Shown one piece after another: positions 15,208-24,953 of a DNA stretch of 37,243 nucleotides; within the stretch, counting starts at the first letter, position 1; each line of letters begins with the position of its first letter. The stretch comes from a virus. The position numbers and the translations under genes were made by a program. The stretch is from the UHGV virus genome UHGV-1372004, one strand, 5' to 3'. Below the pieces are notes generated by a model. It ran no database searches, was not told the DNA's origin, and saw only the letters and a program-made list of their open reading frames with translations.

Positions 15208-16225
15208 ATCGTTGCGGAATATTTAAATACCAGCGTTTATCATGAAAATCTTGTACTCCACCTTTAGTATTTCCTGTTGGATCATTTGTAGCCCGCATCA
15301 TGACATAGACTTTCTTATTAGGAAAATTACGCATGTTGAAAGATACATGATAACCAACATTTCCTAAAGTATTATAAGCTTGATTTACGTCTGGTCTATA
15401 AATCCCATCAGCTCTTACTCTAGCTAGTTCTTTTCCAGTATTGTAGTCCATAATGAAAACATACTCGTATTGATAGTTAGCGATGTGCCATCCAGCTACA
15501 TGCAAGTTTGCGTTTTCGATTTCTCCGAACTGATCAATGTGGGCGTAATTTGTTCCATCTGTCAGCGTAGGATTTGCTGCACCTGCTCGGGTTGGATCAA
15601 TGACAGGCTTGTTTTCAGAAGTCGTTGGATTTTCATCTGTAAATCCATGGGCTAAATCGTAAGCCAGTTTCTCCTTACTTACGCCCATTTCAGAAAGATA
15701 ACCGTAAGGATCTGTATGATCGCCTCCGTAGGTATTTGTTACCCATAAATGAGATTTTACTCCCTTATTCGGATACCCCGTATCTAAAGTCTTAGGAATA
15801 TTAAACTGATTACAGTAATCACGAATTAATTCTACGTAAGCACGATAATTCTTTTCAAACAGGTTACGATCGTAAGTATGCTGTAATTCAATTTGTGCAG
15901 GAGCATATGGATTCGCATTCAGTGCACCCCAAGAAACATAGCCTGGTTCTCCTACTCGGTAAACAATCCCTCCGTCTCCAACAACATCAGTTGTATAAGG
16001 CCTAATACCATTATAATTATTCTTCATATTAGCTGCTACATTACGCGCAGGAGCAAGTGTCGCAGTTTCATGGATCAGAATATAGTTTTGATAAGCCATC
16101 CGAGAATCGCCTTCGTTTGGGCCCAAATTAAATTCATTGTTGATCGTATAGGCGAACCCATTAATTGGCAATAAAAAAAGAGCCGTTAATAGGCTCATCG
16201 CAGTAATAATAATTTTCTTTTTCAT
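15206..16225 (-). CDS. endolysin: N-acetylmuramoyl-L-alanine amidase (Amidase_2/PGRP-like) with an N-terminal Sec-type signal peptide and a C-terminal cell-wall-binding region
   Basis: MKKKIIITAMSLLTALFLLPINGFA signal peptide; ILIHETAT...GGDHTDP amidase-2-like Zn-binding region; immediately downstream of two holin-like genes. Confidence 0.65.
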   Translation of the reverse strand: MKKKIIITAMSLLTALFLLPINGFAYTINNEFNLGPNEGDSRMAYQNYILIHETATLAPARNVAANMKNNYNGIRPYTTDVVGDGGIVYRVGEPGYVSWGALNANPYAPAQIELQHTYDRNLFEKNYRAYVELIRDYCNQFNIPKTLDTGYPNKGVKSHLWVTNTYGGDHTDPYGYLSEMGVSKEKLAYDLAHGFTDENPTTSENKPVIDPTRAGAANPTLTDGTNYAHIDQFGEIENANLHVAGWHIANYQYEYVFIMDYNTGKELARVRADGIYRPDVNQAYNTLGNVGYHVSFNMRNFPNKKVYVMMRATNDPTGNTKGGVQDFHDKRWYLNIPQR

Positions 16226-16234
16226 ATGCTCCTC

Positions 16235-16435
16235 CTATTTTTTTGAGTTGTTATACGCTGAAACGCCAGTGATAACACCTAAGAATGTTGCTACTGCATT
16301 GATAGTGAGTACTGTCATATCTGTTCCATTCCATCCATACGCTTTCCCTAACATGGCTACTAAAGCAGATGCAGCTGGCAATACTGTTAAAACTGTCCAT
16401 TTAATGACTTGATAATACTTATCTGGTAAAACCAT
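16235..16435 (-). CDS. holin (two transmembrane helices)
   Basis: 66 aa with two hydrophobic helices and a charged C-terminus NNSKK; RBS AAGGAGGTG; sits between the XhlA-like gene and the endolysin. Confidence 0.6.
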   Translation of the reverse strand: MVLPDKYYQVIKWTVLTVLPAASALVAMLGKAYGWNGTDMTVLTINAVATFLGVITGVSAYNNSKK

Positions 16436-16450
16436 TTCTTCTCACCTCCT

Positions 16451-16693
16451 TTACAATTTAGTCAAGAAATAGCCAATGATCGTAATGCCTAAACCGATCA
16501 TGTAACCCCACGACCATTTATTATTGGCTTTCATTTCTCTAATATCATCAGCATTGTTCAAAGCGATAGAATATGCTTTTTCAGCTTGATCTTTTGCACT
16601 TTCTGCTTTTTCTCTTAGCGCTTCATAGTTATCAAGTTTAGTTTCAATACGAACTAAGCGTTCTACCACGTCTTGTATTGCTTCGTCTTTCAA
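16451..16693 (-). CDS. XhlA-like holin/hemolysin-family membrane protein
   Basis: N-terminal coiled coil plus a single C-terminal TM (WSWGYMIGLGITIIGYFL); start moved to the TTG with RBS AAAGGAGG (16693). Confidence 0.5.
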   Translation of the reverse strand: MKDEAIQDVVERLVRIETKLDNYEALREKAESAKDQAEKAYSIALNNADDIREMKANNKWSWGYMIGLGITIIGYFLTKL

Positions 16694-16715
16694 CCAACTA
16701 GCCTCCTTTCGTTGC

Positions 16716-16745
16716 AAAATAAAAAACACCCTCTATTGAGCGTGT
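16716..16745 (-). terminator. possible intrinsic terminator between the tail-fiber gene and the lysis cassette
   Basis: on the minus strand ACACGCTC-aata-GAGGGTGT (one mismatch) followed by TTTTTTATTTTG. Confidence 0.35.
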
Positions 16746-16756
16746 TGGTAGCAAAG

Positions 16757-19576
16757 TTAATCTATTTTATAAATACATTGACCTGCGGCCCAGGTAGTTC
16801 TCGAAGACCAGCCTAAACCAATAGTAACTGTACCTTCAGTTACACCCGTAGAATGTTTCCATCCCTGCGTATCAAAAGTAGCTAGTGATACACCGCTAGA
16901 CGTCCGTATCATACATTGATTATATTGTTTTTCATGAGGGATAGCCCAATCAGGTAGTTTGGCAATTTCTGTTAATTGATTATTATTTGTTCCATCTTTT
17001 ACATTGAAGCTTAGAAAAACATATCCTCCTTCTAACTCTGCTGCAAACTGTGGGACTTGGCCATTATCATTAGTAGGTGTAAAACCGTTAAGCAAACTTA
17101 ATTCGGCATATTTTAAGTAACCAGATGGACTATTCGTAGTGATATAATCTATTCCTAAGTCTTTCATCTTTTCAAAAGAATTATATTCAACAGTCCACGC
17201 GCCAATTTTCAAGCGATTAGCATGTAGCAAGTTTACATTATCTTTAGTTAGAGACGCATTATTTTCATTTATATCCAAACCGCAAGGTAACCCAAGCGCT
17301 TTTAATTTTGTAATAACATCTGTATTAATTGTACCTTGATATACCCACTGTAATTCGTTAAAAGGAAATATCTCTCGCATTAAAACTAACATATCGTAGT
17401 TAAAACTGATAAATATAATTTTTTCAGTCATCCCAATTCCATCAGAAATAGTTTTAATTAATTGAAGTTGTTCTTTTGTATACCCGCCAGTAGCTTTTAT
17501 TTCAACAACTGGTATTCTATTGTTTTTTTTACATATCAATAAAAACTCTTCTAAATTAGGTGGAATTTTTTCATCATCAGTTAGTTTATCAATATTAGCG
17601 CCTGTATCAATTCTTAAGGCTCTAAATTGATCATAGGTCATATCTGATATTTTTCCTGTACCATTAGTTGTTCTATCTACTGTTTCGTCATGCATAACTA
17701 CCCAACGATTATCGCTTGTTAACTGAATATCTGTTTCTATCGCTTGGTGTCTATAAACATTTTCGAAAGCTACAATACTATTTTCTGGTGCGGTTGAATT
17801 GTTTCCTCTATGTGCAATCCAAGTTAAGCCATGTGTACTTTTATTCTGCGTGAATAAATTTTTGTTTTGTAGTGTAGATATAGCTGTAGTGTTAGTGGAG
17901 ATATTCGTTGTATTAGTAGCAATATTATTTTTATTATTAGCCAGGTTATCTTCTACATATTCAGCTGTGATGTCCCAGCTGTAATCATTGGGATTATTAC
18001 TGTCTTTCAAGCCTTCACCGAAATATTTATATTCACTAATATTCGGGGTTCGTGTATCTCCTTTTTCTAGTTTTGCCCATTCAATATTTACTGTTCCTTT
18101 CGTCGATTGTGGCGCTTGAAATACATTCAATGCATTTGCACTACCATCAATGTGACTTTGTGTTATTTCGAAAGTAAGTTGCCATACGTCTGCCAAACCT
18201 TCTACAGGAACCATATTACCGACAGGTAAAGATCCAGCTCGTAAATAAATTCCAAACGTCTGTGTAGATGGTTTGCTCGCCTTCATTGTAAAAGTATACT
18301 TTTGTCCCTTTACGTATGGTTCATTAGGAGTAAAATTAGCCGCCATATATTCTGTAGTATTAATTGGGAAAGAAGCTGGTTTAAGAATATTCTCTCCCAG
18401 TGGAACCTTACTCAAATAATACGGCGCATCGAGTAGATTTGGCTGATATGGTGTAGCTGTTGAACCAGCTTCAAGTTTAACGTGTCTCAAACGTAGTCTA
18501 CCAGATAGGCTGTTATTGGCGTCTTGATTATATAGTGTTACATGCCAACTTTCAGCCTTATCAATAGCAGTAGTCATTTTAGCGGTAACAGTTAGCTTTT
18601 GCCATACACCCTTAACAGTAGTTAATTTATTAGGCGTAGTTAGCGCTGGGGTCCTATCAGGCAGGTTAAAATATGTCAGTGCTATTGTACTAGGATCTCC
18701 AGCGAAATCATCTTCTAACATAATTTCTACACTCATGGTATATGTTTTACCTATTAACAGAGCTGGTTGACTTTTCACTTTGTATAATTTTAATGTATTG
18801 TTTGGGTCAAGCGTGACCACTACCTCGTCACCATCATCAATAACAGATAAAGCACCAGTACCTTGCGAGAAGCTGTCAGCGTTTATATTGGCTATTAAAT
18901 TCGGATTCCCCGAATAATCATATCCCCCGAAGTCGATGCTGTTACTGTACATTTTCTTCAGCTTGCCGAGATCGCCGATTTGCTGATTGGTTTGATCAAT
19001 ACGGTCTTCAAGTATAGTTAGATCATTTTGCGCTGAACTAACATTTTTAGAAACAGCCTCAACCTTTGCTAGTACCTCATTTACTGCATCTGTTGTTTCT
19101 TGTTTGACTCCATCAAGTAATTGTTGAAAGTCTGCAATAAAGTAGTCTGCTTTATCTTGCGCTAGTCCGTCGATTGCTGAACGCTTCATACGGAAGGTGA
19201 AGCCTAAGTTATCACTTGTTGATCCGTCTGGATACTCGATGTAAACATAAGCTTCCACCATACCGTTATAAGCTTTCATCGCTTCTGGCAAGATATATAC
19301 GACCTGTCCATTCAAGAAGCTTTCAGTGATGAGGTTTTTCGTGATAAAAGGAATTGGCTCTTTCGTGATCATTCCATCTACTTCATCATAGATAAACATC
19401 AACAAGCGCAAGTTAGCTCCTAGCAAGTCCGCCGGTGTGCCGTTCTGTTGTTCGACGTTGAACTCTAACGCTATTTGATTATCGTATGATTTAAATACAA
19501 GCCCCGTTGCTTGCAAATCGTAGTCTTTCGGCTGTGTAGGTACTTTGATAGAGCCTTTTTTGATGACATGCGCCAT
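16757..19576 (-). CDS. receptor-binding / baseplate upper protein (BppU-like N-terminus) with a C-terminal glycerophosphodiester phosphodiesterase (GDPD) domain
   Basis: 939 aa; C-terminus HGLTWIAHRGNNSTAPENSIVAFE...ETDIQLTSDNRWVVMHDETVDRTTNG is the GDPD signature; N-terminal ~230 aa is BppU-like; middle region has NIATNTTNISTNTTAIS repeats. Confidence 0.75.
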   Translation of the reverse strand: MAHVIKKGSIKVPTQPKDYDLQATGLVFKSYDNQIALEFNVEQQNGTPADLLGANLRLLMFIYDEVDGMITKEPIPFITKNLITESFLNGQVVYILPEAMKAYNGMVEAYVYIEYPDGSTSDNLGFTFRMKRSAIDGLAQDKADYFIADFQQLLDGVKQETTDAVNEVLAKVEAVSKNVSSAQNDLTILEDRIDQTNQQIGDLGKLKKMYSNSIDFGGYDYSGNPNLIANINADSFSQGTGALSVIDDGDEVVVTLDPNNTLKLYKVKSQPALLIGKTYTMSVEIMLEDDFAGDPSTIALTYFNLPDRTPALTTPNKLTTVKGVWQKLTVTAKMTTAIDKAESWHVTLYNQDANNSLSGRLRLRHVKLEAGSTATPYQPNLLDAPYYLSKVPLGENILKPASFPINTTEYMAANFTPNEPYVKGQKYTFTMKASKPSTQTFGIYLRAGSLPVGNMVPVEGLADVWQLTFEITQSHIDGSANALNVFQAPQSTKGTVNIEWAKLEKGDTRTPNISEYKYFGEGLKDSNNPNDYSWDITAEYVEDNLANNKNNIATNTTNISTNTTAISTLQNKNLFTQNKSTHGLTWIAHRGNNSTAPENSIVAFENVYRHQAIETDIQLTSDNRWVVMHDETVDRTTNGTGKISDMTYDQFRALRIDTGANIDKLTDDEKIPPNLEEFLLICKKNNRIPVVEIKATGGYTKEQLQLIKTISDGIGMTEKIIFISFNYDMLVLMREIFPFNELQWVYQGTINTDVITKLKALGLPCGLDINENNASLTKDNVNLLHANRLKIGAWTVEYNSFEKMKDLGIDYITTNSPSGYLKYAELSLLNGFTPTNDNGQVPQFAAELEGGYVFLSFNVKDGTNNNQLTEIAKLPDWAIPHEKQYNQCMIRTSSGVSLATFDTQGWKHSTGVTEGTVTIGLGWSSRTTWAAGQCIYKID

Positions 19577-20358
19577 TATTTCACACCTTCAATCTTAGTT
19601 ATTTTCACGTCGTTGCTCATTGCGGGATTGGAAACATTGCCGGATGAAATATCTAAAGCTCTGCCGTTTGACATCGTTATCTTTCGCGCTTCGATTGTCA
19701 GTTCAAACTCGATCAACGTCATTCCTGCACTCTCGTTCCATAAATTAGCTTTTGTAATCCGCGCGTATCTTTGACGTTTCACTTCTTCTACAAAGTCTCC
19801 GTCACCGTCTGTGTAGTGGATACGAAGCGTTTGGTAACGGAAAGTATCATCTGGCAGATTGACTGATTGTCCTTTTCTTAATTCTCCTTCAAAAAGAACA
19901 GAAGCAGTGTAAACGCGCCGCCAACCTAACGAGTTATAACCCTCTACCGGTTCGCTGTTATGTGTCATTTTGATGTAAATTTCGCCGCTATAACGAGCAA
20001 AAGCGACGATTAATTTTCTCAAATCGTGATCCGCGAATACCATCATTTCAACAAAACTATCATCTTCAATCCCGCCGGGGTTGTCTGCACCCCATCCGGC
20101 TTTGGTTGCGTATTTTCCGGGTGGAATATCCAAGATGTTTGGATATTTTTGTGGCAACTTATAATCGCGTAACCAACGCCCACGCGCTTGCATAACTGTT
20201 TCTGGTGTAGCAAAGCCCGCGTTGCTTTCAGTAGCTAGGACGTGCGCGTCGTGATCCGAGCCGTCGTAATGGATAGCCGCTTGACGCAATAACCATTTCA
20301 CAGCCTCTTCATAACTCATTTCTTCAAAAATATTTGGTTTGCTTTGAAAATCTAACAT
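19576..20358 (-). CDS. hypothetical tail/baseplate-associated protein
   Basis: 260 aa; ATGA overlap with the downstream RBP gene. Confidence 0.5.
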   Translation of the reverse strand: MLDFQSKPNIFEEMSYEEAVKWLLRQAAIHYDGSDHDAHVLATESNAGFATPETVMQARGRWLRDYKLPQKYPNILDIPPGKYATKAGWGADNPGGIEDDSFVEMMVFADHDLRKLIVAFARYSGEIYIKMTHNSEPVEGYNSLGWRRVYTASVLFEGELRKGQSVNLPDDTFRYQTLRIHYTDGDGDFVEEVKRQRYARITKANLWNESAGMTLIEFELTIEARKITMSNGRALDISSGNVSNPAMSNDVKITKIEGVK

Positions 20359-20374
20359 TTAATTGTTCACCGCC

Positions 20375-22093
20375 TTAATAGTTATAAGTGAAGTCTTTCG
20401 CGCGTCCTACGCCTTTACTTGTCACTTTTCTCGTTGCTGTGTCAACTTCTATTTTGTAAAACGCTAATTCATCCGGCGTGTCTACTTGGCTAGCTGTTTG
20501 AGAAAAACCAACGTCGCAAATAATCATTTTTACTGTTCCGAACATATCTTCGAGGTGTTGGTGCCAATGTCCGCAGAAATAACCTACCACAACGCCCGCG
20601 CCTTTTGTGTTCATAGCGAAGGTCTTCGATCCACCGAACGAACCGTCATTCGGTTGCCCTAAGTCGGCCCAATTAATAGTTACTGGGCTTCCAGATTTAA
20701 AGCCTTCTACCAACGCGCTAATCATGTTGATATTACGAACATTAGCACTAGCTAAACGTAAAGGTGTATGCCCTACTAATACCACATGATAGTTTCTCGG
20801 AACGTTCACCAACCATTCTCCGAAGGCGTTGATTTGTTTAGCGCTGAAAACTCCCTGCGTTTCATTGCTGTAACCTTCCACGTACTTGTCGCCTGTGCCG
20901 CCTTCGTAAAAATCGCAAGTATCGAAACGGTAAATTGCTACGTTTTTATCTGGGAACAACGTACCACCATACAAGCCGCTCCAATATTCTTCGAAGTCGG
21001 CATTACATAACATTCCTTTTCGTTTGAGCCACGCTGGATCGAAGCAAGCGTCGTGGTTTCCTTTGCAGATAATAACCGGTTTTTCTTGTCCTGCTACCGC
21101 TGCGTTGGTGAAGCGTTTAAGCGTGCCTAACATAGAATGTCGCGCGCTCCATTCGTCAATAATGCCTGTGTCGTTACCGAGTGAACCAAGCCCGCCGTCA
21201 ATATTGTCTCCACCATAGATCATCACATCTGTTTTGTTCCCTAACTTTTGAAATTGAGGGATTGCGCGCCAATGTCTTAGATAGTAAGCGTCTTTGTAGC
21301 CGACACCATCTATACGCAAGTTGTGATTATCTACGTGAATGTCTGTAATGAAAGAAAAGTTAAATTTACTGTTATTAACACTGTTGACAACCGTATTCAA
21401 ATTGCGCGGCACTAGGTCAACGTATTTCATCGTGTCGTAATCAAAAAAGCGTGTTGTTTCTCTAATTTGTGAGCTGCCGACTGGCACTTGGTATTTTTGG
21501 TTTAAACGATCAGCTAATGATTCGTAGTCGCCTTTAGCTTCATTCAGAATGTTAATGATCGTACCACCTGGATCGATATTTTCCAGTATTTCACGATTAT
21601 CTTCTAACCACTGCTCCCAGTCATTTTTGCCCTGATCCATGTAATCTTTGAATTTTCTTAGCAAAACCTCAAAGGTCCACACATAGCCAGAGTCACGTAA
21701 CTGGCTTCTAGATATTCCAGAAATGACTCGATAGGTAAAATCCTGTGTGCTAAATTGTTCACTCCAAGTTCCATCACCATTAAGTGATCGGAAACTGAAA
21801 TGTGCGGTGTTTTCACCACCCCATTGCCAGTCAGGCTCACTTAAGGTGTAAACAAGCCTTGCTTGCGCTGGACTGTATTCTTGTACTTTTTGTTCAACAG
21901 GTTGGTTTTCGCCAAATTTTGTTGTATTAATAAAAAACGGCACTAGGCCCTCGAATGTTTTTAGTTTGCCATGTTCCACCACTTCAACAACGAACTTTTG
22001 CGTTAAAACATCCCCTTGCCGAATTCGAACCAAATTTATTCCGTTGTTTGGTTCGGTGGTGGATAGGACCATTTTATGCTGCGTTTCTGCCAC
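20375..22093 (-). CDS. tail/baseplate protein with a calcineurin-like metallophosphoesterase domain
   Basis: FITDIHVD...YGGDNIDGG...CKGNHD...GHTP...GHWH motifs; start moved to the GTG with RBS AAGGAGGG (22093), which removes the 60-nt overlap with Tal. Confidence 0.6.
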   Translation of the reverse strand: MAETQHKMVLSTTEPNNGINLVRIRQGDVLTQKFVVEVVEHGKLKTFEGLVPFFINTTKFGENQPVEQKVQEYSPAQARLVYTLSEPDWQWGGENTAHFSFRSLNGDGTWSEQFSTQDFTYRVISGISRSQLRDSGYVWTFEVLLRKFKDYMDQGKNDWEQWLEDNREILENIDPGGTIINILNEAKGDYESLADRLNQKYQVPVGSSQIRETTRFFDYDTMKYVDLVPRNLNTVVNSVNNSKFNFSFITDIHVDNHNLRIDGVGYKDAYYLRHWRAIPQFQKLGNKTDVMIYGGDNIDGGLGSLGNDTGIIDEWSARHSMLGTLKRFTNAAVAGQEKPVIICKGNHDACFDPAWLKRKGMLCNADFEEYWSGLYGGTLFPDKNVAIYRFDTCDFYEGGTGDKYVEGYSNETQGVFSAKQINAFGEWLVNVPRNYHVVLVGHTPLRLASANVRNINMISALVEGFKSGSPVTINWADLGQPNDGSFGGSKTFAMNTKGAGVVVGYFCGHWHQHLEDMFGTVKMIICDVGFSQTASQVDTPDELAFYKIEVDTATRKVTSKGVGRAKDFTYNY

Positions 22094-22106
22094 GACTATC
22101 CCTCCT

Positions 22107-24953
22107 TTAGAAATCGATGTAGTCTCTTGCATTATTGAAATGACCAGAAGAAGATGGATAAAATTCATCCATAAATTGGAAATGAAGATGTTCTCCAGTT
22201 GATGGTCCTGTTGTCCCCATCAGCCCAATTTGCTGACCAGCAGTTACTTTTTGACCTTTTGCAACATCCACACGGCTTTGATGTGCATAGCCTGTATACA
22301 TTCCATCAGCGTGTTTAATCACTGTCCAATTTCCATACCAGTCAAAGTAATTTGCATCACCTGCAACAATCACTTCGCCGTCTGCTGATGCAAAAATAGG
22401 TGTATTAGGATTTCCATTTACAAGGTCAATACCGTTATGAAATTCTTGCGCTCCTGTAATTGGAGAAGTGCGCCAGCCAAATTCGCTCGTCACTCTGATT
22501 GGATCTGCAATTGGTTTTATATACCCTTTCGATGCAGGAATTTCTAAATCTTTGAACTTGTCATACCATTCTTGTGCCCATGTCGTCCGTTCTGGATGTG
22601 GATCACGTGGACGTTCAAAGTTAGCCACGAATGCTTGTGCTGCTGTGTTGATATCGGTCAGATTCATGAATTGTGTCCATGTGTAAGGATAAGCGCTAGT
22701 TGCGATCCATTGACCATTTGGTGCATGCCATATCAACAATTTGAACTGCGCCGCGATCGTGTCTGGATCATCACTGATGCCAGCCTTTGTCATTAGATTG
22801 ATCATGTAAACACGTCCGCTAGTTGCGCCAGAAGAATCGGTCCATTGCCATACACCATAACCGAACCCTGGTGCGCCATTGCCCTCATCGGCGGTTGGAT
22901 TAGCATCTGATTCTCCTTGTGCATTTCCAAGTAAGGCTGCAGCAGCTTGTTTAGTAAAGCCAGCACCTATTGCCATTGCCCAAATCTGCCAATAACGTTT
23001 ATCCCGATCAGTAGTTACTTCTGGTGGATATTGTCCATTCCAACCGTTATCGTTTCCTCCAGTATTGTCTCCTCCATTATTGCCTCCACCGTTTGTATCG
23101 ATTTTAACGCCATTCACATATAATTCTTTGACATCTAGACGGCCATCTATGGTTATATTTCCTTCTGAAAATTTACCATCACCGTAAAGATTATATTTGC
23201 GCTTATCAGCAGTAACGTCTGCTGGAATTTGAAAAACAGGATTCCCTCGATCGCCGCCGTCCCCAGCGTTAATGGAAAAAATATAGTTTGGTTCTTTCCA
23301 TACAGCAAAGCCGTTAATCCCTTTAGAACCATAAGTAGATACAATTGAGCCCAAGCGTTCTCCATGTACATCATCTAGCCCAGTAGACTTGACTTGTTTT
23401 TCAAAAGAAAGTTCTCCCCCCTCTGCCACTAATTGGAAATCTTTATCGTCAAATGTTTTTAAAGCTACCCCTTGCACGAGGATACCAGACAGAATGCCTG
23501 CGCGAATAAAATTAGCATTGAAAGTTCCATCCAACGTCCAAGCGGTCGTGCTATCACCATTGTGTACATCTTGGATTGTTTTCCATTCACCTTTCTTACA
23601 CTGTTTGAAAGATATTCCTGAGTTATTTTGGACCATAAAAAAGCGTGATCTAGGAATGTTAGGTCCATCCATATAAACAGTTTCATAGATTTCTCTACTA
23701 TCACTAACACCAGCTTCAATTCCATTTACCCAATAAATAGAACCGCCATTATCTCCTGCACCTCGCATAATGTCATCTTGATATTTTCCAATCTCTGTCG
23801 ATTCGTAAAATGTCATTTTGCTAGATTCTAAACTATTAATATTATTGACAATAGAAGCCGTTTGTTTTCTAACATCTTGTGTTAAATTATCCCCTAGTTC
23901 GATATTCGTTTGACCGGTAAGCCGATTGAATGTAGTTTTATAAATACGAGTTTTATAGTGATAACCTTTATCGTATCTGTGAATAGTCACTGTATTTCCT
24001 ATCACATCTCCTCCAGTGACTTCAGCTTTGAATTGTACTAACGGTCTAGCAGAATCGATTAAGGTTGAATAAGTATTTTTAAGTAATTCTGTTGGATCAT
24101 CTATATCATCAAACACTACTACGGTTTCTCGTTTTCTCATTGATCCATCTTTTTGTGGTATCCCATACTTTTGAGTTGCTTCCGGATCTTCAAGCCAATT
24201 TTGGCCTTTAGGCTTATCTAAAGGATCACCATTCGACTTTTTCCATTCAACATCAGTAAATTCAATTCTTCTACCGTATCCGTCACCAACCTCTTCGCCT
24301 CGCCCACGACCTATCATTGAGGTTGAGATTGAGCTTCGATCTATCTCTCTTACAACTGTTAATGCTTTACTACCATATACAAAACGTGTATTCGATTCTT
24401 CACCAATTTGTTCATATACTTCGATCCATTTATCCTTTATTCCATCAGAATTCAAAGAACACCTAAAGACAAATTCCATACCTAAGGTTTGCAATTCTTT
24501 CAACGCTTCTTTTACAGAGACATAGTAAAAAGTTGCAGTTACTGCTGGTAACATTGCTTCTACGTGACCAACGCGCCAATTTCCTTCAGTAAATTCAATC
24601 AATCGATCAAGGACATTTTTTAAGGGCTGCCCACTCGGTCTAATATCTTTGATGATGTAAGCATCTAATTCATTTGTTGCAAATCCTAACCCTGTAAACT
24701 CTAATGTTTCAGATGGGTCGCTAACTTTAGTAATTCGATACAACGAAAAAGACGACTCGTTTTCACGAATCGCCATATATCTTGCATCCTCTATTTCTTT
24801 ATCATATTTTGTCGTAACGTATAGAGTATCTTTCATTAGATCGCTCTTATCAGAACTAATTTCTTTTTCTTGGGAGACTTCAATCAAACTTCTTGTATTT
24901 TTCCTTTTAATAAGTTTTTGCAAGTGATCAAAGAAATAAACTGTCTCACTCAA
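22107..24953 (-). CDS. tail-associated lysin (Tal): Sipho_tail N-terminus, Gly-rich linker, lysozyme-like domain and C-terminal M23 peptidase
   Basis: 948 aa; M23 signature GIDLV...YGNWTVIKHADGMYTGYAHQS...GTTGPSTGEHLHFQF; middle YWQIWAMAIGAGF...GVWQWT looks lysozyme-like; Gly/Asn-rich GGGNNGGDNTGGNDNGWNG. Confidence 0.8.
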   Translation of the reverse strand: MSETVYFFDHLQKLIKRKNTRSLIEVSQEKEISSDKSDLMKDTLYVTTKYDKEIEDARYMAIRENESSFSLYRITKVSDPSETLEFTGLGFATNELDAYIIKDIRPSGQPLKNVLDRLIEFTEGNWRVGHVEAMLPAVTATFYYVSVKEALKELQTLGMEFVFRCSLNSDGIKDKWIEVYEQIGEESNTRFVYGSKALTVVREIDRSSISTSMIGRGRGEEVGDGYGRRIEFTDVEWKKSNGDPLDKPKGQNWLEDPEATQKYGIPQKDGSMRKRETVVVFDDIDDPTELLKNTYSTLIDSARPLVQFKAEVTGGDVIGNTVTIHRYDKGYHYKTRIYKTTFNRLTGQTNIELGDNLTQDVRKQTASIVNNINSLESSKMTFYESTEIGKYQDDIMRGAGDNGGSIYWVNGIEAGVSDSREIYETVYMDGPNIPRSRFFMVQNNSGISFKQCKKGEWKTIQDVHNGDSTTAWTLDGTFNANFIRAGILSGILVQGVALKTFDDKDFQLVAEGGELSFEKQVKSTGLDDVHGERLGSIVSTYGSKGINGFAVWKEPNYIFSINAGDGGDRGNPVFQIPADVTADKRKYNLYGDGKFSEGNITIDGRLDVKELYVNGVKIDTNGGGNNGGDNTGGNDNGWNGQYPPEVTTDRDKRYWQIWAMAIGAGFTKQAAAALLGNAQGESDANPTADEGNGAPGFGYGVWQWTDSSGATSGRVYMINLMTKAGISDDPDTIAAQFKLLIWHAPNGQWIATSAYPYTWTQFMNLTDINTAAQAFVANFERPRDPHPERTTWAQEWYDKFKDLEIPASKGYIKPIADPIRVTSEFGWRTSPITGAQEFHNGIDLVNGNPNTPIFASADGEVIVAGDANYFDWYGNWTVIKHADGMYTGYAHQSRVDVAKGQKVTAGQQIGLMGTTGPSTGEHLHFQFMDEFYPSSSGHFNNARDYIDF

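Noticed and set aside
17870-17965. Short tandem DNA repeats (…TAGTGTTAGTGGAGATATTCGTTGTATTAGTAGCAATATT…) that could be mistaken for a mini CRISPR or VNTR
   Set aside because: They are in frame inside the receptor-binding protein gene and encode an NIATNTTNISTNTTAIS low-complexity linker. There are no regularly spaced identical repeats with unique spacers anywhere in the window, so no CRISPR array.
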